Source: Lysobacterales bacterium CG_4_10_14_3_um_filter_64_11 (lineage in GTDB: Bacteria; Pseudomonadota; Gammaproteobacteria; Xanthomonadales; Xanthomonadaceae). From it: DNA of 50,787 nucleotides. The stretch is from the NCBI GenBank assembly GCA_002782905.1, contig PFJA01000286.1, positions 1 through 50,787 of the forward strand, in the 5' to 3' direction. The position numbers were made by a program, and so were the translations under genes. Shown piece by piece: positions 18,650-25,763 of this stretch. The notes below the pieces were generated by a model that saw nothing but the letters and a program-made list of their open reading frames with translations, had not been told where the DNA came from and did not search any database. Numbering within the stretch: the first letter of the stretch is position 1; every line of letters begins with the position of its first letter.

Positions 18650-20212
18650 TCAACCCAACTGAAACACCTTCACCGACGCGCCCAGGCTGGCTGCGCGATC
18701 TTGCAGCATGCGCGCTGCAGCGCTCAGCTCCTCGGCCAGCGCCGCATTGTGCTGGGTGGTCTGATCCAGGCTCGCCACCGCGTCATTGATCTGGCCGACA
18801 CCGCTGGCCTGCTCGCCCGCCGCGTGGCTGATCTCGCCGATATGGGCGCGCACCTTGGCGGCCATGGCGACGATACCGTCCACCGCCGCGCCGGCCTTGC
18901 CCACCAGCTCGGTGCCGCTTTGCACTTGCGCCGCCGAGCGCGATATCAATTGCTTGATCTCACCCGCCGCCTGCGCGCTGCGCTGCGCCAGATCGCGCAC
19001 CTCGCTGGCCACCACCGCAAAGCCGCGCCCCTGTTCGCCGGCGCGCGCCGCTTCCACCGCCGCATTGAGCGCGAGAATATTGGTCTGGAACGCGATCGAA
19101 TCGATCAGGCCGATGATTTCCGATATCTGTTTGGACGCAGCGCGGATTTCATTCATGGTGGTCACCACCTCGGCCATCAGCCGGCTGCCGTCATCGGCCG
19201 CCTCGCGGTTCTTGTCGGCCAACTCATTGGCGCTGCGTGCAATCTCGGTGGTTTGCTGCACGGTGGCGTTGAGCTCGTGCATTGATGCGGCGGTCTCCTC
19301 CAGACTTGCCGCCTGCGATTCGGCGCGGCCGGACAGGTCGTCGCTGCCATCGGTGATCTCGCTGGCTGTGCCATCCAGGCCCTCGATTTCGCGGCGCACA
19401 TCGCCGACCACCGCCTGCAGGTTGACCCCCAACTGATGAACCGCGCGCAGCAGTTGCCCCAACTCATCGTTACCCAACGCGGTATCATCGTGCGCGCGAA
19501 GGTCGCCGGCCGCCAACGCGCGTGCGCGCAGCGTTGCGGCATTGATCGGGCGGATCACACTGCGCCGCAGCCACAACAAAGCCGCCGTGAAGGCCAAGGC
19601 AAACACCGCAAGCCGAGCCGCAATCTGCCACACGCCACTCAACGGCAAAAACTTCGCCGCTTCGTTGGCGCAGATGGTCACAAGCAATGCCGCCGCCAGT
19701 TTGCCCAGCAAAGGGAGATGGCTGAGCCGATGCCACAGTGCTCTCGGCCCGCGCCGCTGCAACTGCCCACGATGCAGGCGCATCTTCGCGGCACCCTGCT
19801 GATTGGCCTCGCGCATTTTGGCGTACAGCGCGTCGGCAGCCTCGATCTGCTCGCGGCTGGGCTTGGTGCGCACCGACATGTAGCCCACCGGCTGGCCGTG
19901 CAGCAACACTGGCGTGACATTGGCGCTCACCCAGTAGTGGTCGCCGTTCTTGCAGCGATTCTTGATCATCCCCGACCACGGCTCGCCGGCCTTGATCGTA
20001 TCCCACAGATCACGAAAGGCCTCGGCCGGCATGTCGGGGTGGCGGATGATGTTCTGCGGCTGGCCGAGCAACTCCTCGATCTGAAAGCCGCTGATTTTCA
20101 CGAAGGCGGCGTTACAGTGACTGATCTTGCCTTTCAGATCGGTGACCGAGACGATGGTGTCGCCGTCAGGAAAGGTGGTCTCATGCTGGGTGACCGGTAG
20201 ATTCTGGCGCAT
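18650..20212 (-). CDS. methyl-accepting chemotaxis protein with N-terminal PAS domain
   Basis: PAS block ([24 protein letters not shown]...[11 protein letters not shown]). It is followed by TM/HAMP segments and the conserved MCP signalling hairpin ([34 protein letters not shown]). Confidence 0.88.
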   Translation of the reverse strand: MRQNLPVTQHETTFPDGDTIVSVTDLKGKISHCNAAFVKISGFQIEELLGQPQNIIRHPDMPAEAFRDLWDTIKAGEPWSGMIKNRCKNGDHYWVSANVTPVLLHGQPVGYMSVRTKPSREQIEAADALYAKMREANQQGAAKMRLHRGQLQRRGPRALWHRLSHLPLLGKLAAALLVTICANEAAKFLPLSGVWQIAARLAVFALAFTAALLWLRRSVIRPINAATLRARALAAGDLRAHDDTALGNDELGQLLRAVHQLGVNLQAVVGDVRREIEGLDGTASEITDGSDDLSGRAESQAASLEETAASMHELNATVQQTTEIARSANELADKNREAADDGSRLMAEVVTTMNEIRAASKQISEIIGLIDSIAFQTNILALNAAVEAARAGEQGRGFAVVASEVRDLAQRSAQAAGEIKQLISRSAAQVQSGTELVGKAGAAVDGIVAMAAKVRAHIGEISHAAGEQASGVGQINDAVASLDQTTQHNAALAEELSAAARMLQDRAASLGASVKVFQLG

Positions 20213-20317
20213 TACGCTGACTCCTTTGTATTGCTTCGTACAAGCCACACGATTGATCTGTGATACGGCAAGATGCCAATTCAATTGTCGGCAGGATCGG
20301 CGATCCCCCCAAGAAAT

Positions 20318-20389
20318 GTCGTCACCCCGGCGAAAGCCGCTGTCCGGGCTATTGATTTCGCTGTATTCCTGCTTTCGCTGGCATGACGG
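20318..20389. repeat. palindromic REP/MITE-like element of the GTCAyCCCGGCGAAAGCCGG type (translates as ...PAKAGIQ...)
   Basis: Left arm is GTCGTCACCCCGGCGAAAGCCG. The right arm, reverse-complemented, is CCGTCATGCCAGCGAAAGCAG. It lies in the MCP/ung divergent intergenic region, and both arms are decayed. Confidence 0.4.
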
Positions 20390-20462
20390 AAACCCACTTG
20401 TTCAGAGCGTCTCCAAGCTCATAATCGACCATGCACAATGGCTCTTGAGGAGCATGTGACGA

Positions 20463-21236
20463 ATGTGTGAAGACACAAGCAAATTGGCCCACCTGGGCAA
20501 CGACACCAAGCCAGCGGTGCGGCTGGCCGCTTCCTGGCGCGAGCGCGTCGGCGACTATCTGCGGTGCCCGCAGATGCAGTCGCTGGCGGCGTTCCTGCGC
20601 GCTGAACGCGCGCGCGGGGTGGTGATTTACCCGCCGGGTGGGCAGATGTTCGCGGCCCTTGACGCCACGCCGTTTGACGCAGTGAAGGTGGTAATCCTCG
20701 GCCAGGACCCGTACCACGGCCCCGGCCAGGCACATGGCCTGAGTTTTTCGGTGCCGCCGGGCGTGCCGGTGCCGCCGTCGCTGCGCAACATCTTTGCCGA
20801 GATCGAACGTGATCTTGGCATCGCGCCGCCGGATCACGGTTGCCTGCTGCCGTGGGCAGCGCAGGGCGTGCTGCTGCTCAATGCCGTGCTGTCGGTGCAG
20901 GCCGGGCAGGCCGGTTCGCAACAGGGCAGGGGTTGGGAAGGTTTCACCGACCATATTGTCGAAACCCTTGGCCGCGAGCGCGAAGGATTGGTGTTCATGC
21001 TCTGGGGCAGCTATGCCCAGGCCAAGGGGCGCATCATCGATGCACGGCGCCACTGCGTGTTGCGCGCACCGCACCCCTCACCGCTGTCGGCGCATCGCGG
21101 CTTCGTCGGCTGCGGCCATTTCGGCAAGGCCAATCGCTGGCTGCAGGGCGCCGGCTCGACGCCGATCAACTGGCGCCTGCCGGCGCGTGCGCAGCTGCCG
21201 TGTTCACCCCCGCCTCACGTCGATACCGTAGAATAA
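20463..21236 (+). CDS. ung: uracil-DNA glycosylase
   Basis: Family-1 UDG motifs VVILGQDPYHGPGQAHGLSFSV and HPSPLSA. Confidence 0.92.
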   Translation: MCEDTSKLAHLGNDTKPAVRLAASWRERVGDYLRCPQMQSLAAFLRAERARGVVIYPPGGQMFAALDATPFDAVKVVILGQDPYHGPGQAHGLSFSVPPGVPVPPSLRNIFAEIERDLGIAPPDHGCLLPWAAQGVLLLNAVLSVQAGQAGSQQGRGWEGFTDHIVETLGREREGLVFMLWGSYAQAKGRIIDARRHCVLRAPHPSPLSAHRGFVGCGHFGKANRWLQGAGSTPINWRLPARAQLPCSPPPHVDTVE

Positions 21237-21264
21237 TGGGGCGCACCGGATATACCGGGCGCAT

Positions 21265-21382
21265 CCCTACAAGGGGAGTAGCTCCCAATCGGGCGGATCG
21301 TCAACACGAGCGCACAGCTCCGGTCCGTCAGGCAGTCCACTGCGGCTTCAGGCCGCAACCCTGCGAGCGAGACCTTGTCGCC
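21265..21382 (+). promoter_or_regulatory. yybP-ykoY (Mn2+-sensing) riboswitch aptamer in the leader of the TerC/Alx gene
   Basis: Conserved GGGGAGUAG (21273-21281), GUCAACAC (21300-21307) and GAGACC (21369-21374). The closing helix pairs ACAAGG (21269-21274) with CCUUGU (21373-21378). It lies about 120 nt upstream of a TerC-family ORF, the classical context. Confidence 0.8.
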
Positions 21383-21504
21383 GTGACCCGCTGCGGATGC
21401 GTCCGCGCAGCGGTCGTGCGATGTCTCGGTTGCAGGCGCTCACGCCGCACTGCCTCCCTGGCATCGCACACCGGCACCCTGTCGCGGACGCGTTGAGGAT
21501 GGGT

Positions 21505-22485
21505 ATGGAATCGATTGCTACATGGTGGCTGTGGCTGGGTTTCGCGGGTTTCGTGCTGGTGGCGGTAAGTGTGGACCTGGTGGTCCTGCGCACACAGGGC
21601 GCGCATCGGGTGTCCAATCGCGAGGCATTGCGCTGGACCCTGCTGTGGGTGGCACTGGCGCTGGTGTTCTGCGCCGGGTTGTGGGGCTGGCTCGATTACA
21701 GCAGCGGCCGCGAGTTGGCCAACCGCAAGGCCACCGAGTTTCTCACCGGTTATCTGATCGAAAAATCGCTGTCTGTGGACAACATCTTCGTGTTCCTGAT
21801 GCTGTTCACCTATTTTTCGGTACCGGCCGAATTCCAGAAACGCTTGATCGTGCTCGGCGTAATCGGCGCCATCGTGCTGCGCGCGCTCATGATCCTGCTC
21901 GGTGCGTTGCTGATCAGCCGTTTTCATTGGATTCTTTACGGGTTCGGGCTGTTTTTGCTGGTCACCGGCGGCAAGATGCTGTGGTTCGCCGACGCCAACC
22001 CTGATCTCGAACGCAACCCGGCGCTGCGCTGGATGCGTGGCCACCTGCGCATCACCGCGGATTTTCATGGCGAGCGCCTGAGCGTGATCAAAAGCGGCCA
22101 ACGCTGGTTCACGCCGCTGTTTGTGGTGCTGGTGCTGGTGGCGGTTACCGACATGATTTTCGCGGTGGATTCCATCCCCGCGGTGTACGCGGTGACCCAG
22201 GACCCGTTCATCGTGATGACCGCCAATATCTTCGCCATCCTCGGCCTGCGTGCGCTGTATTTTCTGCTGGCCGACATGAAGGAGCGCTTCCATCTGCTCA
22301 CCTACGGGCTGGCGCTGGTGCTGATCTTCGTTGGCACCAAGATGCTGATCGCCGGTTGGGTACTGGTACCGCCGCTGTGGTCGTTGGGCGTGGTGATCGG
22401 CATTCTGGCCAGTGCCATCGTCATCAGTGTGATGGCCCCGGCAGCGGGCGGCAGGGCGGTACGCAAGGCGACCAACAGTGATTAA
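21505..22485 (+). CDS. TerC/Alx-family integral membrane protein (putative Mn2+/redox-modulated exporter)
   Basis: TerC blocks YLIEKSLSVDNIFVF and AVDSIPAV...FIVMTANIFAILGLRALYF. Start set at MESIATWW (ATG 21505), 6 nt after GAGG. Confidence 0.88.
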   Translation: MESIATWWLWLGFAGFVLVAVSVDLVVLRTQGAHRVSNREALRWTLLWVALALVFCAGLWGWLDYSSGRELANRKATEFLTGYLIEKSLSVDNIFVFLMLFTYFSVPAEFQKRLIVLGVIGAIVLRALMILLGALLISRFHWILYGFGLFLLVTGGKMLWFADANPDLERNPALRWMRGHLRITADFHGERLSVIKSGQRWFTPLFVVLVLVAVTDMIFAVDSIPAVYAVTQDPFIVMTANIFAILGLRALYFLLADMKERFHLLTYGLALVLIFVGTKMLIAGWVLVPPLWSLGVVIGILASAIVISVMAPAAGGRAVRKATNSD

Positions 22486-22634
22486 GGATGGTCTGAACAA
22501 GTCCATCCTGGATTTTTCAGACTCGCCGAGCCCGGCATCGCCGGACTCGGCACTTCCGGATCAATCACTTGCGTAATTGATCCGCGTGCAGGCCAGCCAC
22601 GGCCTGCGGAAACACGGGCTTGATCAGCGTTTCC
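22486..22634 (+). mobile_element. 149-bp IS5-family-like MITE (copy A) flanked by TTAA direct repeats
   Basis: Terminal imperfect inverted repeats GGATGGTCTGAACAAG and CTTGATCAGCGTTTCC match at 11 of 16 positions. TTAA lies at 22482-22485 and at 22635-22638. A hand alignment to the inverted copy at 45160-45279 gives 104 of 119 identical positions. Confidence 0.5.
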
Positions 22635-22666
22635 TTAAAGCCCTGTTTTTCAAACAAAATATGAAT

Positions 22667-22694
22667 GGAACTTCAACTCCGCTTAGCACTCCAA
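22667..22694 (+). promoter_or_regulatory. sigmaE (RpoE/AlgU)-type promoter upstream of rpoH
   Basis: GGAACTT (22667-22673), a 16-nt spacer, then TCCAA (22690-22694). This compares with the consensus GAACTT-N16/17-TCnnA. It lies about 45 nt upstream of the rpoH ATG. Confidence 0.45.
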
Positions 22695-22738
22695 ACGGTG
22701 GAGTGCTAAAATCGACAAACCCACCGAGGAGATCCCCC

Positions 22739-23602
22739 ATGTCGGTCAACGCGTTGGTTGCCAACAATCTGCCGATCCCCAGTGCCATCGGTTCACTCGA
22801 TGCCTACATCGGCGCGGTAAACCGCATTCCGGTTTTGACCGCCGAAGAAGAACAATCGCTGGCGCGGCGGTTTCGTGACGAGGACGACCTCGATGCCGCC
22901 AAGCAACTGGTGCTCTCGCACCTGCGTTTCGTGGTGCATGTCGCACGCGGCTATCAGGGTTACGGCCTGGGCATGGGCGATCTGGTGCAGGAAGGCAACA
23001 TCGGGCTGATGAAGGCGGTCAAGCGCTTCGACCCCGATCAGGGCGTGCGCCTGGTCAGCTTTGCGGTGCACTGGGTGCGCGCCGAGATGCACGAGTTCAT
23101 CCTGCGTAACTGGCGTATCGTCAAGGTCGCCACCACCAAGGCACAGCGCAAGCTGTTCTTCAATCTGCGCCGCGCCAAGAAGCGTCTTGGCTGGCTCAAC
23201 GCCGAGGAAGTGCGCGCGGTCGCCAAGGACCTCAACGTCTCCGAGCGCGAAGTGCGCGAGATGGAATCGCGTCTATCCGGCCGTGATGTCGGCTTTGACC
23301 TGCGCAACGACGACAACGACGACGCGCCGCCGGCGCCGTCGGCCTACCTGATCGATCACGGCGCCGACCCGTCGCTGAGCTACGCCATCGAGGATCATGA
23401 GGATCATCAACTGGGGTTGCTGCGTGAGGGGATGGCCGAGCTTGATCCACGCTCACGTGACATCGTGCGTCGGCGCTGGCTGGATGACGACAACAAGGTT
23501 ACCTTGCAGGATCTCGCCGACGAATACGGGGTTTCCGCAGAGCGCATCCGCCAGATCGAAGCCGCTGCAATGAAAAAGATGCGGGCGCTGTTTACCGCCT
23601 GA
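22739..23602 (+). CDS. rpoH: RNA polymerase heat-shock sigma factor sigma-32
   Basis: Sigma-70 family regions 2-4 are present, with an RpoH-box-like segment ([15 protein letters not shown]). Start set at MSVNALV (ATG 22739) after a GAGGAG RBS. Confidence 0.93.
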   Translation: MSVNALVANNLPIPSAIGSLDAYIGAVNRIPVLTAEEEQSLARRFRDEDDLDAAKQLVLSHLRFVVHVARGYQGYGLGMGDLVQEGNIGLMKAVKRFDPDQGVRLVSFAVHWVRAEMHEFILRNWRIVKVATTKAQRKLFFNLRRAKKRLGWLNAEEVRAVAKDLNVSEREVREMESRLSGRDVGFDLRNDDNDDAPPAPSAYLIDHGADPSLSYAIEDHEDHQLGLLREGMAELDPRSRDIVRRRWLDDDNKVTLQDLADEYGVSAERIRQIEAAAMKKMRALFTA

Positions 23603-23660
23603 CGGCGATGTTTCAATCGGCAATATCGCGCCGCGAGTTTCTGGGGTGTGCGTGGCAGCG

Positions 23661-23703
23661 TTGCAAAACAAACGGGGCAACCCCGGCCAAGGCCGGGGTT
23701 GCC
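23661..23703 (-). terminator. intrinsic terminator (13-bp GC stem) for the minus-strand small gene, possibly also stopping rpoH
   Basis: GGCAACCCCGGCC-aa-GGCCGGGGTTGCC. On the minus strand the stem is followed by CCGTTTGTTTTGC. On the plus strand there is no U-run. Confidence 0.55.
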
Positions 23704-23810
23704 GGCATCGCTGCACGGTGCCGGTTGGGGGTGTGCCTATCGCGCCGTTGCAACCCACTCGTGGCCCATCGAAAGCTGACTGCAATCGAAGTCGTTTGGC
23801 TAACGCATGC

Positions 23811-24197
23811 TTACTTTTCCCGGGTTCCGCCAGTCACCTGGATTCTCACCTCAACGACATTACCCCCCGGCCCGGTAATGATGATCAGGTCGTAACCGCC
23901 CTGATGAATGATCGTCGCAGAGCCACCGCCGGGTAATGGGTAGGATTCCTGCCCAACATCCATACCGGCAAGCGAGAGGAACTGCCCATCGACGCGCTCA
24001 TACGACAACAACAGGTCGTGCGCCGGCCAATACAGTTCACGAGCAACGGCAGCATCCACGCGCTTTGAATCGGTGGCTAGCACATTACCGGCGGCATCAA
24101 GCGCCGCGACGATCACCAAACCATCGACAGTCTGATGCAGCGTGACACAGCCGTTGCTGCAGGGGTTGTTATCGCGCGACCGCGCCTGCGCGCTCAC
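23811..24197 (-). CDS. small exported protein of unknown function; the annotated frame starts at GTG, and the signal peptide appears split off by a frameshift
   Basis: 128-codon ORF (…SAQARSRDNNPCSNGCVTLHQ...). A 21-codon ORF upstream (24194-24259, AAGGAG RBS plus GTG) encodes MTVVTVKMFVSAIVLAVLFSV. One extra T in the T6 run (24202-24207) would fuse the two. Confidence 0.5.
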   Translation of the reverse strand: MSAQARSRDNNPCSNGCVTLHQTVDGLVIVAALDAAGNVLATDSKRVDAAVARELYWPAHDLLLSYERVDGQFLSLAGMDVGQESYPLPGGGSATIIHQGGYDLIIITGPGGNVVEVRIQVTGGTREK

Positions 24198-24509
24198 ACT
24201 GAAAAAAGAACGGCCAAGACAATCGCCGAAACAAACATTTTGACGGTCACAACCGTCACTTTGACTCCTTGGAGCGGGGGCATTCCTACGCTTGAAAAGG
24301 CACTCATTGGCAATACTCCTTGAGTTTTATGGTTATCAAGCAATACCGAGCGCATCACGCACCGCAATATAAACCACGCCACGCGCATTGCAGGGTGAAA
24401 CTTACCCCCCCACCGCAAGTGTCAACCCGTTCTCAGCCAGTCGCGTTGTTGCGACAGGCGATGAACGGTGAGAAGCTGCGGGGCACGGAATTCGGCGATA
24501 GGGCACACC

Positions 24510-25667
24510 ATGAACCGGCTCGCATGGGTATTTTCCGGCGGTGGCGCCAAGGGTGCATTTGGTGCCGGAGTGTTTCAGCGCATCCTTGAAATCTATCCGA
24601 CACTGCGCTGGCAGATCGTTACCGGCACCAGCACCGGCAGCCTGATCGCACCGTTTGCGGCGCTGGCAGACGCTGATCGCGCACGAACAGCTCAACTCGT
24701 CGAGTTGTATGGCGGCATTCGCAAGAAAGACGTATTCCAATCGAATTTTCTATTCAACCTGTTCAACCTGCCCGAAGGCCTGGTCAACCTAAAGCCCTTG
24801 CGCAAAGTAGTGAACGCCGCACTGCCGCTCGACGCGCAGGCCGCACTCGCCGCCGGCACGGTTGATCTGGTGGTGCCAACGGTCAACCTGCAAACGGCAG
24901 CGCTGACGCTGTGTACCCAGGAGCGCAATCAGCAACGCATTCGCGACTGGTACGCACAGCAACAAATCCCGGTGCCGCTCGAGTTCTGGCCGTTCGCGGA
25001 TTTGAACGAGGCTTTGCTGGCCTCCTCGGCGGTGCCGCTGGGTACCGCGCCGATCCAAAACGACAACCGCCGGTACGATTACAAAAACAAATCGAAGCGT
25101 CATCAGTATGTCGATGGTGGCGTGTTCGACAAGGCACCGCTGCGCGAGGCGCTGGCGTTGGGTGCCAGCGAGGCGATCGTGGTACTGATGTCGCCGACCC
25201 AGCCGTCACCCAAACTCAAGCCCTTCAGCAACCTGATCGAGGTAGGGCTGCGCGCGGTGGACCTGCTGCAAGATGAATTGCTGCGCGGCGATATCGACAA
25301 CTTGCGACTGGCACAGGTGATGTACGACCAGGGCGTAAGCGCCGAGGCACTGGCGGCAAAACAGATCGCGCCGGAAGTGTGTGGCTACCTGCACGCGCTG
25401 GAATCGTCGCGCGCTGCCGCGACGAGTGCCGCGATGGCGAACCCGCAGATGCAGCCGATCCTCATCGAGCCGCCCATCGGCATCGGCAGCGGCGAGGATT
25501 TCGACAGCACGGTTGCCGACGGCTGGCCGGACGCGCCCGCATCGGGCAAGGCCGTTCCGATCATGAAGGCGCGCATCGCCTACGGCCAACGCGTGGTCGA
25601 CGCGCTGCTCGATGATGCCGGCAGCCCGTTGCGTCGCGTGCTCGACAAAGCGGTGGTGCAGATTTAG
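24510..25667 (+). CDS. patatin-like phospholipase
   Basis: Oxyanion motif SGGGAKGAFGAG, nucleophile elbow GTSTG and catalytic Asp motif DGGV. Start set at MNRLAWV (ATG 24510). Confidence 0.85.
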   Translation: MNRLAWVFSGGGAKGAFGAGVFQRILEIYPTLRWQIVTGTSTGSLIAPFAALADADRARTAQLVELYGGIRKKDVFQSNFLFNLFNLPEGLVNLKPLRKVVNAALPLDAQAALAAGTVDLVVPTVNLQTAALTLCTQERNQQRIRDWYAQQQIPVPLEFWPFADLNEALLASSAVPLGTAPIQNDNRRYDYKNKSKRHQYVDGGVFDKAPLREALALGASEAIVVLMSPTQPSPKLKPFSNLIEVGLRAVDLLQDELLRGDIDNLRLAQVMYDQGVSAEALAAKQIAPEVCGYLHALESSRAAATSAAMANPQMQPILIEPPIGIGSGEDFDSTVADGWPDAPASGKAVPIMKARIAYGQRVVDALLDDAGSPLRRVLDKAVVQI

Positions 25668-25763
25668 CGGGCTTGCAGGTGCAGTGGATGTTTCGCCACG
25701 CTGCACATTGCGCACCGTCATCCCCCACTGGCACGCAAGGCTGGCTGCGGTGATACTGCCGCC

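Noticed and set aside
20391-20414. CACTTGTTCAGAGCGTCTCC resembles the MITE right end (CTTGTTCAGACCATCC); possible third copy.
   Set aside because: Only one end matches. The candidate left end (GGATCGGCGATCC at 20294-20306) does not align convincingly. It is probably chance or a very decayed solo end.
22577-22738. Conserved peptide-like string [LI]RVQxxHGLRKxxxDQ, encoded both upstream of rpoH and, on the minus strand, at 45165-45217.
   Set aside because: The conservation comes from nucleotide identity of the two MITE copies. There is no RBS, the frames are not maintained beyond the repeat, and the rpoH N-terminal extension lacks sigma-factor sequence.
24510-25667. Patatin-like lipase as a CBASS (CapV-like) effector.
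   Set aside because: No CD-NTase or cyclase, E1/E2/JAB or other CBASS component is adjacent. It is retained only as a generic islet observation.
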